Assembly: GCA_039033215.1 (NCBI GenBank)
Contig: JBCCDA010000005.1
Location: forward strand, 3,670 to 67,669
From: Pseudomonadota bacterium
Lineage (GTDB): Bacteria > Pseudomonadota > Alphaproteobacteria > Rhodobacterales > Rhodobacteraceae
Direction of reading: 5' to 3'
DNA: 64,000 bases
The position numbers and the translations under genes are program-made. Under the pieces are notes generated by a model, which was not told the origin of the DNA, did not search any database, and saw only the letters and a program-made list of their open reading frames with translations. Positions 28,982 through 39,437 of the stretch are shown here, piece after piece. How positions within the stretch are numbered: the stretch's first letter is position 1; every line of letters begins with the position of its first letter.

Positions 28982-29725
28982 ATGATCGCTTTGCGTATGT
29001 GTATGGCGGCCGCCCTGGTTGCGGTGGGGTTGGCGCCGATCCCGGTGGCTTCGGACCCCGCGACCCCGCCAAGGGTCAACACGATCTACGATCTCTATCT
29101 CGGGGGTATCAAGGCGGGCGAGCTTTCAATCGACGCCGATTACACAGCCGACGGTTATTCCGCGCAGTCGGTGCTCCGGACAGCCGGGATCGTCGGATTT
29201 GTCTACCGCGCGTCGTTCGAGGCCGTGGCTGAGGGCCGGCTGACGGACTCCGGGCTGGCGCCCGAACGGTTTGCCGCAGACAGCCGGATGAAGTCCAAGA
29301 CCCAATCAGTCGAGATGATTTATGGGGATGGCGCGCCGCAGCAGGTGAACGCCGAGCCGGCGTTCATCCCCAAACCCTGGCAGGTCGACCCGACCGAGCA
29401 GAAAGGCGCGCTGGACCCGATCACGGCGGCACTGATGGCCCTGGCACCCGCCTCGACAGAAAGTCTCTGCAATCAGAGTGTCCCAGTCTTCGACGGCCGC
29501 CGACGCTATGCGATCGATCTCGGCGCCCCCGTCGTCGAGCATGGCCGCATCAAGTGCCCTGCCGTCTACCGCCGGATCGCGGGCTTCAAGCCCAAGATGA
29601 TGGCAAAGAATCCACAGTTTCCGTTCTCGATCTGGTTCGAGGAGCGCGACGACGGGCTGGCCCATGTGGTGCGCGCGGCGGGCGAGAGCATGTTCGGCCT
29701 CGCGGTGGTTCTGTTGCGCGAGTAG
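28982..29725 (+). CDS. DUF3108-like exported protein
   Basis: Signal peptide; YDLYLGGIKAG, DPITA, VFDGRRRY. Confidence 0.7.
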   Translation: MIALRMCMAAALVAVGLAPIPVASDPATPPRVNTIYDLYLGGIKAGELSIDADYTADGYSAQSVLRTAGIVGFVYRASFEAVAEGRLTDSGLAPERFAADSRMKSKTQSVEMIYGDGAPQQVNAEPAFIPKPWQVDPTEQKGALDPITAALMALAPASTESLCNQSVPVFDGRRRYAIDLGAPVVEHGRIKCPAVYRRIAGFKPKMMAKNPQFPFSIWFEERDDGLAHVVRAAGESMFGLAVVLLRE

Positions 29726-29790
29726 ACGGCTGATCGCCCCAGGCGCGTACGCCTTGCCCCCGGGCGCGCGCTCTGACATTCCCGCAGGCC

Positions 29791-32256
29791 ATGAACCTGC
29801 CCATCGATGCCGTCCTTCCGGATGTTCGCGCGGCCCTTAGCGGGGGCACGCAACTGATCCTCGCCGCCCCACCGGGCGCGGGCAAGACGACCGGCGTGCC
29901 GCTGGCGTTGCTGGACGAGAGCTGGGTCGAGGGGCGGATCCTGGTGCTGGAGCCGCGGCGCCTCGCAACCCGGGCCGCCGCGGAACGCATGGCCTCGGTG
30001 CTGGGCGAGAAGACCGGGCAGCACATCGGCTACCGCATCCGGGGCGAGAGCAAGGTCTCAAAGGCCACCAAGGTCGAGGTGATCACCGAAGGCATCCTGA
30101 CCCGGATGTTGCAATCCGATCCGGAACTGCCGGGGGTCTCGGCGGTGCTGTTTGACGAGGTCCACGAGCGCTCGATCCATACGGACCTCGGCCTCGCGCT
30201 TTGTCTCGAGGCGCAGGAGACGCTGCGCCCGGATCTGAAGGTCGTCGCCATGTCAGCGACCCTGGACGTCGCCGCGTTCCGCCGGATCATGCCGGAGGCG
30301 GCGGTGATCGAAAGTGCTGGGCGCGCCTTCCCCGTCGACACCCGTTGGCTGCCGCGCCCCTGGCGCCGACCGGAGGACAACCGTCGCGGCCTGCCCGCCG
30401 CCATCGCCGCGCAGGTCCGCGCTGCCTTGTCCGAACAGCCGGGAGACGTTCTTGTCTTCCTCCCCGGCGCGGGGGAGATCCGCCGGACCGCCAACCTGTT
30501 GGAGGACGCAGAGGCCGAGATCAGACCCCTTTACGGTGCGCTGCCCTTTGCCGAGCAGCAAGCCGCCCTGCGCCCGTCCGATCGCCGTCGTGTGGTGCTG
30601 GCAACCTCGATTGCGGAGACCTCGCTGACGGTGCCGGGGGTCCGGGTCGTGATCGATTCGGGCTTTGCCCGGCGGGCGGAGGTCGACCGCGCCACGGGTC
30701 TCTCGCGGCTGGTCACGGTGCCCGTCTCACGCGCTGAAGCCGACCAGCGTCGCGGGCGGGCCGGACGGATGGAGCCGGGCGTGTGCTACCGGATGTGGAC
30801 AAGGGGGGTGGAAGGCGCCCTGCCCGCCCAGCCCCCACCGGAGATCCTCGCAACCGATCTGGCACCGCTGGCGCTGGAACTCGCGGTCTGGGGCACCACA
30901 GACCTCGCCGCCATGCGCTTCATCGACCCGCCACCCGCGGCTGGCCTCACCGCCGCCCGTCGGCTGTTGCAGGACCTCGGCGCGCTGGACGCCGACGGTC
31001 GCGTGACACCGGAGGGCCGCGAGATGGCCCGCAAACCGCTGCATCCACGGCTGTCGCACATGGTGCAGGCGGGCGTGGCCCAGGGCGCCGCGGCCGAGGC
31101 GGCACTACTCGCAGCGATGGTATCGGAGCGCGACCCTCTGCGCGCGGCGACATCCGATCTCCGTACCCGGCTGGACGCCATCCTCTCCCCGCCAGCGGCG
31201 GCTGATCGCGGAACAATCCAGCGCATCCGTGACGATGCCCGGCGGATCTCCCCAGGCCGCGTCGACAAGGCCCGCCTGCATCGCGTGTCAGCGCTGCTCA
31301 CAGCCCACGCCTACCCGGACCGGATAGCCATGCGGCGCCCGGGGGACCAGCCGCGCTACCTGCTCTCGAACGGGCGCGGCGCGATGTTGCCCGCAGGGGA
31401 CCCCCTGGCCGGGGAGCGTCTGCTCATCGCTACAGATCTCGAAGACGGGCGCGAGGCCCGAATCCGTGCGGCGATCCCGTTGAGCGAGGCGGAGCTTCGC
31501 GATGTGCACGGCGGCCTCATTGCCGAGACAACGGTTGCCGAGTGGTCGTCGCGCGACAGTGCCGTCGTGGCCCGTCGGCGCGAGATGCTGGGCGCCATCG
31601 CACTCAGCGACCGGCGCTGGGACGATGCACCCGCCGATGTGCTGGGTGCAGCCCTTCTCGATGGGATCCGCGAGAAGGGGATCACCGCCCTGCCATGGCC
31701 CAAGGGCGCGCTGGCTCTGCGAACACGAATCGGTTGGCTGCGGGCGCTGAGCGGTGAGATCGCGCAGCGCCTGCCCGATTGGTCGGACGACGGGCTTGCC
31801 GAAAATCTGGCGACCTGGCTCGCGCCACATCTCGACGGCGAGACCAGGATCGGACAACTCGACAAGCTGGATTTCACCAACATCCTGCGCGGCGCCCTGG
31901 ACTGGGAGACCGCGCAGGAGGCCGACCGGCTCGCCCCCTCGCACTGGCAAACACCGCTGGGATCCCGGATCCTTGTCGACTATTCCGGTGAGACGCCGCA
32001 GTTGTCCGTACGCCTGCAGGAGGTTTTTGGCCTTACCCATCACCCGATGATCGGTGATCCGCCAGTGCCACTATCGCTATCCCTTCTGTCCCCGGCACAG
32101 CGCCCTGTCCAGGTCACCTCGGACCTGCCGGGCTTCTGGTCGGGCAGCTACGCGGACGTCCGCCGGGACATGCGCGCACGCTATCCCAGACACCCCTGGC
32201 CCGAAGATCCCAGCTCGGCCGAGCCGACAAAACGCGCAAGAACAACGAAATCGTAA
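29791..32256 (+). CDS. hrpB: ATP-dependent helicase HrpB
   Basis: APPGAGKTT, DEVH, MSAT, QRRGRAGR, C-terminal RYPRHPWPEDP. Confidence 0.95.
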   Translation: MNLPIDAVLPDVRAALSGGTQLILAAPPGAGKTTGVPLALLDESWVEGRILVLEPRRLATRAAAERMASVLGEKTGQHIGYRIRGESKVSKATKVEVITEGILTRMLQSDPELPGVSAVLFDEVHERSIHTDLGLALCLEAQETLRPDLKVVAMSATLDVAAFRRIMPEAAVIESAGRAFPVDTRWLPRPWRRPEDNRRGLPAAIAAQVRAALSEQPGDVLVFLPGAGEIRRTANLLEDAEAEIRPLYGALPFAEQQAALRPSDRRRVVLATSIAETSLTVPGVRVVIDSGFARRAEVDRATGLSRLVTVPVSRAEADQRRGRAGRMEPGVCYRMWTRGVEGALPAQPPPEILATDLAPLALELAVWGTTDLAAMRFIDPPPAAGLTAARRLLQDLGALDADGRVTPEGREMARKPLHPRLSHMVQAGVAQGAAAEAALLAAMVSERDPLRAATSDLRTRLDAILSPPAAADRGTIQRIRDDARRISPGRVDKARLHRVSALLTAHAYPDRIAMRRPGDQPRYLLSNGRGAMLPAGDPLAGERLLIATDLEDGREARIRAAIPLSEAELRDVHGGLIAETTVAEWSSRDSAVVARRREMLGAIALSDRRWDDAPADVLGAALLDGIREKGITALPWPKGALALRTRIGWLRALSGEIAQRLPDWSDDGLAENLATWLAPHLDGETRIGQLDKLDFTNILRGALDWETAQEADRLAPSHWQTPLGSRILVDYSGETPQLSVRLQEVFGLTHHPMIGDPPVPLSLSLLSPAQRPVQVTSDLPGFWSGSYADVRRDMRARYPRHPWPEDPSSAEPTKRARTTKS

Positions 32257-32345
32257 CGATCACCTGCTCAGGAATGGGACAACTCTCGTTGACCTCGCAC
32301 CGAGTCGGGCGCAGGCTTCGTCCAAAACCGCTGGGGAGCTTCAGA

Positions 32346-33776
32346 ATGAACACCACCGTCTATCAAAGTCACCGTGAACCCACGTTCCGCGAGTCGGTCG
32401 AGATCATGTTCAATCAGGCGGCAGACCTGATCGACATGCCCGAGGGCCTGGCCGAGAAGATCCGCGTCTGCAACTCTACCTACACGGTCCGTTTCGGGGT
32501 GAAGCTGCGCGGGCAGATCCACACGTTTACGGGATACCGCAGCGTCCATTCGGAGCATATGGAGCCGGTCAAGGGTGGCATCCGCTATGCCGACAACGTG
32601 CACCAGGACGAGGTCGAGGCGCTTGCAGCGCTCATGACGTTCAAGTGCAGCCTTGTCGAGGTGCCTTTTGGCGGCTCGAAGGGTGGGTTGCGGATCGATC
32701 CGCGCCAGTGGGACGGCGACGAGCTCGAGCGGATCACCCGGCGCTTCGCCTACGAGCTGATCAAGCGCGACCTGATCAACCCCTCGCAAAACGTGCCTGC
32801 ACCCGACATGGGCACCGGCGAGCGTGAGATGGCCTGGATCGCCGACCAGTATAAGCGCATGCACACGACCGACATCGATGGCAACGCCTGCGTCACCGGC
32901 AAGCCGCGCAACGCGGGCGGTATCGCCGGGCGGGTCGAGGCGACGGGGCGCGGGGTGCAGTACGCGCTGCGCGAGTTCTTCCGCAACCCCGAGGACGTGA
33001 AGAAGGCGGGCCTCACGGGTGACCTCGGCGGCAAGCGCGTGGTCGTCCAGGGGCTCGGCAACGTCGGGTACCACGCCGCGAAGTTCCTGGCCGACGAAGA
33101 TGATTGCAAGATCGTGGGCATCGGCGAACGGGACGGGGCCATCATGAACCCCGACGGCTTCGACATCGACGCCGTCCGTGCGCACATCATGGAGCGCCAG
33201 GGCGTCAAGGGATATCCCGGGGCCGAGTACGCCGAAGAAGGCGCCAAGGTCCTCGAGCAGGATTGCGACATCCTTATCCCGGCGGCGTTGGAAGGCGTGA
33301 TCCATCTGCGCAACGCCCGCGACGTCAAGGCACCACTGATCATCGAGGCGGCGAATGGCCCGATCACGGCGGGCGCCAACGACATCCTGCGCGATGCGGG
33401 CTGCATCATCATCCCGGACCTCTACGCCAACGCCGGCGGTGTGACGGTGTCCTACTTCGAATGGGTCAAGAACCTCAGCCACATCCGCTTCGGACGCATG
33501 CAGCGTCGGCAGGAAGAGGCACGCCACCAGTTGCTGGTCGACGAGATCGAGCGGCTGACGGGCAACAAGGTCACCGAGTCCTTCAAGGAGAAGTACATCC
33601 AGGGCGCGGGCGAGCTGGAACTGGTGCGCTCCGGCCTCGATGACACGATGCGCATTGCCTACCAACAGATGGCCGAGGTTTGGCGGGCACGGGACGACGT
33701 GCCGGATCTGCGCACGGCGGGATACATCGTCGCTGTCGAGCGTGTTCGCGACACCTATCAGGCCAAAGGGCTCTGA
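32346..33776 (+). CDS. Glu/Leu/Phe/Val dehydrogenase (glutamate dehydrogenase-like)
   Basis: KGGIRY, GGSKGG, VPAPDMGT, QGLGNVG, NAGGVTVSYFEW. Confidence 0.93.
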   Translation: MNTTVYQSHREPTFRESVEIMFNQAADLIDMPEGLAEKIRVCNSTYTVRFGVKLRGQIHTFTGYRSVHSEHMEPVKGGIRYADNVHQDEVEALAALMTFKCSLVEVPFGGSKGGLRIDPRQWDGDELERITRRFAYELIKRDLINPSQNVPAPDMGTGEREMAWIADQYKRMHTTDIDGNACVTGKPRNAGGIAGRVEATGRGVQYALREFFRNPEDVKKAGLTGDLGGKRVVVQGLGNVGYHAAKFLADEDDCKIVGIGERDGAIMNPDGFDIDAVRAHIMERQGVKGYPGAEYAEEGAKVLEQDCDILIPAALEGVIHLRNARDVKAPLIIEAANGPITAGANDILRDAGCIIIPDLYANAGGVTVSYFEWVKNLSHIRFGRMQRRQEEARHQLLVDEIERLTGNKVTESFKEKYIQGAGELELVRSGLDDTMRIAYQQMAEVWRARDDVPDLRTAGYIVAVERVRDTYQAKGL

Positions 33777-33790
33777 GACCCGAGCCTGCC

Positions 33791-35449
33791 CTAGCTTGCC
33801 TGTTCGATCAGGGCGTCGGCCGCCGCGCGGGCGGCGTCCGTCACCGCGTCGCCTGACAGCATGCGCGCGATCTCGTCCCGCCGCGCCACCTGCGAGAGCG
33901 GCGTGACATCCGTCCGTGCGGCGCCGGCAACGAGGCTTTTGGCAATCTGGAAGTGCCGCTGCCCCAGCGCCGCGACCTGGGGTGAGTGGGTGACAACCAG
34001 CACCTGACCCGCTTCGGCCAACCGCGATAGGCGACGCCCGACGGCATCCGCCGTCGCACCGCCCACGCCGCGGTCAATCTCGTCGAAGATCAGCGACAGC
34101 CCGTCGGAGCGGTTCGCAAGCTGGACCTTGAGGGCCAGCAGAAACCGCGAGAGCTCCCCGCCCGAGGCGATGCGGTCTATCGGCCCCGGGCGTGCGCCCG
34201 GATTGATAGCTGCGGTAAACCGGACATCCTCAGCGCCCTCCGGCCCCGGATCCCCTTCAGTGATCTCGGTGACGAACCGGGCGTTCTCCATCTTCAGCGG
34301 GGCCAGTTCCTCGGTCACCGCTGCATCCAGCTGCGTGGCTGCCGTGCGCCGCGCGGCGCCCAGTGCCGCCGCGGCTCTGGTGTAGGCGGCCTCGGCGGCA
34401 CTGGTTGCATCCTGCAGGGCGCCGATGGTCGCCTCTCCCGCGTCTATGCTCGAGAGATCCGCCGCCAGGCTGCGTGCGTGATCGGCAAGACCGTCCGCGG
34501 AGACGTCATGCTTTCGGGCCAGCCGCCGGATCGCGAACAACCGCTCTTCGACGTCGTCGAGCCGGCCAGGGTCCACCGTCATCGCCTCGTCGGCGAGCCG
34601 CAAGGCGGCCTCGGCCTCAGCCAGCTCGGCAAGGGTCCGGTCGATCCCGGCGATCGTCTCCTCAAGCCGACCCTCCGCCCGCTCGGCAATGTGCATCAGC
34701 CGGGAGAGCGCACCCGACAAGGCGCCCTCGGCCCCATCTCCGCCCAAAGCCGACAGGGCCTGATTGATCTCGCCCTTGAGCTCGGCGGCATGCCGGATCA
34801 GGCGGCGCTCGGACTCAAGCTCGGCGTCTTCGCCCGGCTGCGGCGCCAACGCTTCAAGCTCCTCGACGGCGTGGCGCAAGTAGTCCGCATCCGCCGCGGC
34901 CTTCTCCAACTGGGCGCGGGCGGCGTCCAACGCCTTCACAGCCCCCTGCCATTCGGTCCAGGCAACCCGGACCGCCGCGCGTTCTGACGCATGACCACCG
35001 AAGGCGTCCAGCATGCCCCGGTGACCGCGCGCCGCGAGCAGACCGCGGTCGTCATGCTGCCCGTGCACCTCCACCAGCAAGGTACCGATCCGGGACAGAA
35101 CTTCGGCACTGACCCGCTGATCATTGACGAATGCCCGCGACGGCCCGTCCTCGGAGGCGGTGCGGCGCAGGATCAGCTCTCCGTCGCTCGCGTCGAGATC
35201 CAGGTCGTCCAGCAGCGCTTGCACAGGATGGCGGGGACCGGGTTCGAACGTGGCGGTCACGCTGCCCTTGCCCGCACCGGCACGCACCAGATCGCGCGCG
35301 GGGCGCCCGCCCAGGGCGAAGCCCAATGCATCCAGAAGGATCGACTTGCCGGCACCCGTCTCGCCGGTGAGCACATTCAGCCCGGGCTCGAAATCGAGAT
35401 CCAGCGTCTCGATGAGCACGATATCGCGGATCGCGAGCGCACTGAGCAT
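33791..35449 (-). CDS. recN: DNA repair protein RecN
   Basis: GETGAGKS, SGGELSR, FDEIDRGVGG, VTHSPQVAA. Confidence 0.96.
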   Translation of the reverse strand: MLSALAIRDIVLIETLDLDFEPGLNVLTGETGAGKSILLDALGFALGGRPARDLVRAGAGKGSVTATFEPGPRHPVQALLDDLDLDASDGELILRRTASEDGPSRAFVNDQRVSAEVLSRIGTLLVEVHGQHDDRGLLAARGHRGMLDAFGGHASERAAVRVAWTEWQGAVKALDAARAQLEKAAADADYLRHAVEELEALAPQPGEDAELESERRLIRHAAELKGEINQALSALGGDGAEGALSGALSRLMHIAERAEGRLEETIAGIDRTLAELAEAEAALRLADEAMTVDPGRLDDVEERLFAIRRLARKHDVSADGLADHARSLAADLSSIDAGEATIGALQDATSAAEAAYTRAAAALGAARRTAATQLDAAVTEELAPLKMENARFVTEITEGDPGPEGAEDVRFTAAINPGARPGPIDRIASGGELSRFLLALKVQLANRSDGLSLIFDEIDRGVGGATADAVGRRLSRLAEAGQVLVVTHSPQVAALGQRHFQIAKSLVAGAARTDVTPLSQVARRDEIARMLSGDAVTDAARAAADALIEQAS

Positions 35450-35468
35450 CAGCGGCGCACGGCCCGGG

Positions 35469-36314
35469 TTAGAGCCATTTGCCCTGGAAGACGCGCCGGT
35501 AGATGTCACTGAAGAAGCCGCCGGGCTCGCGCTCGGGCCGCAGATCACGATCCGTCAGCAACGCAAACGAGGCCGCATACCACTCCGATCCCACGAAGTT
35601 CTCGCCCAGCACCGCCGCGGTCGTGACCGCTTCGTCCTCCAGCCCCAGAGACAGGTATGCCTCGACCAGCCGATGCAGCGCCTCCGGCGTGTGCGCTGTG
35701 GTCTGGTACTGCTCGAGCACGACCCGGAAGCGGTTCACGGCCGCGATGTAGTGGCCCCGCTTGAGGTAGTAGCGCCCGACCGTCATCTCCTTGCCGGCAA
35801 GGTGATTGTTCGTGAGGTCGATCTTCAACTGGGCGTCGCGGGCATAGTCCGACGTTGGATAGCGCAGTGTGACTTCCGTCAGTTCCTGCAGCGCGTTCTT
35901 GGTGGTCGCCTGGTCACGCTCCACATCGACAATCGTGTCATAGTAGGTGAGCGCGATCAGATACTGGGCATAGGCCGCATCGGGGTCCGAGGGATAGAGA
36001 TCGAGATAGCGTCCCGCCGAGGCCCTGGCGGCCGGCATGTTGCCCGCCTCGTAGCTTGAGTAAGCCGACATGATCGTGGCGCGCTTGGCCAGTTGCGAGA
36101 AGGGATAGAGACGCTCGAGCTCATCATAGGTCTGGGCTGCGGCTTGGGGGTTGTTGTCTTCCAGCAGCGCTTCCGCGTCTTCGAAGATCTCCTGCGCGCT
36201 GCGCTCTTCCACGACGACCTCGTCGTCGTCGTCGAACCAGCCGGTGGAGCAGGCTGATAGTACCGCGCAAGCAAGGACGAGCCCAAGCATTCTAAGCGCG
36301 CCACGTCGTATCAT
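35469..36314 (-). CDS. bamD: Outer membrane assembly lipoprotein BamD
   Basis: Lipobox LSAC, TPR repeats, LAGKEMTVGRYY; between lpxC and recN. Confidence 0.93.
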   Translation of the reverse strand: MIRRGALRMLGLVLACAVLSACSTGWFDDDDEVVVEERSAQEIFEDAEALLEDNNPQAAAQTYDELERLYPFSQLAKRATIMSAYSSYEAGNMPAARASAGRYLDLYPSDPDAAYAQYLIALTYYDTIVDVERDQATTKNALQELTEVTLRYPTSDYARDAQLKIDLTNNHLAGKEMTVGRYYLKRGHYIAAVNRFRVVLEQYQTTAHTPEALHRLVEAYLSLGLEDEAVTTAAVLGENFVGSEWYAASFALLTDRDLRPEREPGGFFSDIYRRVFQGKWL

Positions 36315-36415
36315 GTTTTCTGTCTCCGCACCCCGCCGGTTCGCCGGCTCTCAGTCTGCCGACACCATACTGTTCCGATCAGACAAGGGGAAGGGGCGAC
36401 GCGCCGGATGGGCTG

Positions 36416-37354
36416 TCAGACAGCGATCTGGGACCGTGCCGATGCGTCGACCGTGCTCGGGATCCGCCCGCCGGGCGCCAGACCATCCGCCAGCGGTTCG
36501 AACGCCCATGCATCGGGCGTGCTGAACAGCTGGTGCAGAAGCTGGTTCGTCAGGCCATGCCCCGCCTTGAAACCGCGGTAGCGCCCAATGATCGGATGAC
36601 CGGCCAGGGACAGATCGCCCACGGCATCAAGCATCTTGTGTCGCACGAATTCATCCGGCCGGCGCAGACCACCCGGATTGAGCACTCGCCCCTCGTCGAC
36701 AACGATGGCGTTCTGAAGGTTGCCACCGCGCGCCAGCCCCAGCGATCGCAGGTACTCGACCTCGTGCAGATGGCCAAACGTCCGGCAATCCGACAGCTCG
36801 CTCGTGAAGGCACCGTTGACCATCGACATGCTGTGCTCCTGCCGGCCGATTGCCGGATCGGAGAAGTCGATGGCGAACTCAATCTCGAAACGACGGGCCG
36901 GGACAAGCTCGGCCCATTTGTCGCCGTCCTCGAACCGGACGGGCGAGAGAATACGGATCGCGTCAATCGGGGCGTTCAGCTCGCGCACCCCGGCTTGCTG
37001 GATGGCACGCACAAACGGTGCAGAAGAGCCGTCCATGATCGGAACTTCCGGACCGTTCAGCCGGATTGTGCAATCCGTGATACCCGTCCCCGCCAGCGCC
37101 GCGAGCACATGCTCGACCGTGCCAACAGAGGTCCCGTACATGTTCGTCAGTCTGGTGCAAAGCTGGGTGTCGTTGACGAGATCGTACCGCGCGGCGATGT
37201 CGCCGGTGCCCGCCGCCACGTCGGAGCGCACGAAATGAACCCCAGTGCCGGCTACTGCCGGTACCAGAATCATCCGGACCGGCTGCCCACCGTGGAGACC
37301 TATTCCGGCCACTTCGACAGCCGAATTAACCGTCCTGCGCATCAGATGATCCAC
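36416..37354 (-). CDS. lpxC: UDP-3-O-acyl-GlcNAc deacetylase
   Basis: GIGLH, TVEHVLAAL, EVPIMDGSS, HKMLDAVGDL. Confidence 0.96.
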   Translation of the reverse strand: MDHLMRRTVNSAVEVAGIGLHGGQPVRMILVPAVAGTGVHFVRSDVAAGTGDIAARYDLVNDTQLCTRLTNMYGTSVGTVEHVLAALAGTGITDCTIRLNGPEVPIMDGSSAPFVRAIQQAGVRELNAPIDAIRILSPVRFEDGDKWAELVPARRFEIEFAIDFSDPAIGRQEHSMSMVNGAFTSELSDCRTFGHLHEVEYLRSLGLARGGNLQNAIVVDEGRVLNPGGLRRPDEFVRHKMLDAVGDLSLAGHPIIGRYRGFKAGHGLTNQLLHQLFSTPDAWAFEPLADGLAPGGRIPSTVDASARSQIAV

Positions 37355-37661
37355 TTACTGCAACTGCCTTGACGCAGAGATCTCCGTCCCTGTTGCAAAC
37401 TTTCTACACCCTCGGGCAATCCTAACCAAATCAACGTTTATGACTGTTTACGACAACTCCGGACGCCAAGCGTCTGGAGACATTGCAGGACCCCCCGCTG
37501 GGCGTCCTCGCGAACACGGTATTCGGGATCGAACCTGGTGTTTGGCGTTAACCGGCCGTTCATGACTGATCAGGGCGTTTCGGTGCGGGTCCAGCGCCTT
37601 GTGGCGGAGATTGCACCTAGCATGGCAGGCCGCCCCTGAGCGAGGCGGCCGGGTTCGTCTA

Positions 37662-39311
37662 TCAGTTTGCCTGACGGCGCAGGAAGGCAGGGATGTCCCC
37701 TGGATCGTCATCCGCACCGGTGATGGGCTCGCGCCGCGCCGGGCGTTCTTCTTCGCCCTGCGTCCCGGAAACCCGGTGGATGAGCTTGTTGATCGCGAAG
37801 AGCCCGGGGCGGCCGGTGGGCTGCTCCTCCGTCTCCGCCGATGCCACGGCCGTGCTTGGCGTGCTTGGCGTCCCCCGGTCGAGCGATCGCTCATCAAGAT
37901 CGAAGAGCGCCGGCTCGTCGAGACCACCGCTTGTTTCGGCCTGACGGCGGGCGTCCTCCTTGCGAGCACGGGCCGCGAGTGCGCGTTGGCGGACTTCATC
38001 GGCACGGGCTCGGATATCCGCCGGGGAGGGGGCAGTCGCGTACTGAGCTTCTTCGGACGGAACCGGCTCGGGCTCGGGCGCCGTCTGTGTGACCGGCTCC
38101 GGCTGCAGCTCGACCACGGCCTCGGCAACAGGCTGCGAAACCGGATCGGCCGCGGGCTCGGTGTAGGTCAGCGGTTCCTGCTCGGGCTCGGCGAACGCCT
38201 GAACGGGCTCGGGGCGGACCTCCGGCTGCTCCTCGGCACGACGCTGGCCGCGCACCGCCGCGACGATCCCGGGATCGGTCTCGACGGGCTTGCGCCGCGG
38301 CGTGTCGAACTGCGACGTACGCACCGGCTCCCGTGCCACCGCATGTTCGGCGTCGATGCCCGTGGCGACCACCGAGACGCGCATCTTGCCGTCCAGGCCC
38401 GGATCAATGGCCGAGCCGAACTTGATCATCGCGTTCGAGTCGACCTCTTCCTTGATCCGGTTCGCGGCCTCGTCCATCTCGAACAACGTGAGGTCATAGC
38501 CGCCCGTGATGTTGATCAGCACACCCTGCGCGCCCTTGAGGGAGACCTCGTCGAGCAGCGGGTTCGCGATAGCCTTCTCGGCGGCGTCGATGGCACGGGT
38601 CTCACCGTCGGCCTCGCCGGTGCCCATCATCGCCTTGCCCATCTCCTCCATGACCGAGCGGACATCGGCGAAGTCGAGGTTGATCATGCCCGGGCGCACC
38701 ATCAGGTCCGTCACACCCTGGACACCCTGATAGAGGACATCATCGGCCATCTGGAACGCCTCGACGAAGGTCGTGCGCTCGGAGGCCACCTGGAAGAGGT
38801 TCTGGTTCGGGATCACGATCAGCGTATCGACGACCGACTGCATCTCGTTGAGACCGTCCTCGGCCACCTGCATCCGGCGCGCACCCTCGAAGTGGAAGGG
38901 CTTGGTGACGACACCGACCGTCAGGATACCCATCTCGCGGGCAACGCGGGCGACAGTGGGCGCAGCACCCGTGCCGGTCCCGCCACCCATGCCGGCGGTG
39001 ATGAAGCACATGTGGCTGCCGTCGAGATGCGAGGCGATCTCCTCGATCGTCTCCTCGGCGGCGCGCTGACCAACCTCCGGCTTGCTCCCGGCGCCCAGAC
39101 CCCGGGTGACTCCGATGCCAAGCTGGATCGCGCGCGGCGCCTGGCTATGCTGCAACGCCTGCGCGTCAGTATTTGCCGCGATGAAATCAACACCTTCGAG
39201 CTTCTTCTCGATCATGTTGTTCACAGCATTGCCGCCAGCGCCGCCGACGCCAAAGACAGTGATACGCGCACGCAACTCGTGCTCGGTCGGTCCCGCCAAA
39301 GTAAGTGCCAT
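37662..39311 (-). CDS. ftsZ: Cell division protein FtsZ
   Basis: [16 protein letters not shown], long linker, [11 protein letters not shown]. Confidence 0.98.
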   Translation of the reverse strand: MALTLAGPTEHELRARITVFGVGGAGGNAVNNMIEKKLEGVDFIAANTDAQALQHSQAPRAIQLGIGVTRGLGAGSKPEVGQRAAEETIEEIASHLDGSHMCFITAGMGGGTGTGAAPTVARVAREMGILTVGVVTKPFHFEGARRMQVAEDGLNEMQSVVDTLIVIPNQNLFQVASERTTFVEAFQMADDVLYQGVQGVTDLMVRPGMINLDFADVRSVMEEMGKAMMGTGEADGETRAIDAAEKAIANPLLDEVSLKGAQGVLINITGGYDLTLFEMDEAANRIKEEVDSNAMIKFGSAIDPGLDGKMRVSVVATGIDAEHAVAREPVRTSQFDTPRRKPVETDPGIVAAVRGQRRAEEQPEVRPEPVQAFAEPEQEPLTYTEPAADPVSQPVAEAVVELQPEPVTQTAPEPEPVPSEEAQYATAPSPADIRARADEVRQRALAARARKEDARRQAETSGGLDEPALFDLDERSLDRGTPSTPSTAVASAETEEQPTGRPGLFAINKLIHRVSGTQGEEERPARREPITGADDDPGDIPAFLRRQAN

Positions 39312-39437
39312 GGATTCTGCCTCGCCGGTTTCTTGTTTAACTGCCTCAGGTTATCCGGCTTTCTTGATGCCTGTTATCACCGGATTTAGATTTATTGCCA
39401 AGAGGTTACCGCAAATCGGCCAATTCGTCACGCGATT

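Noticed and set aside
37700-38330. Pro/Glu-rich low-complexity stretch in ftsZ
   Set aside because: Normal long C-terminal linker of alphaproteobacterial FtsZ
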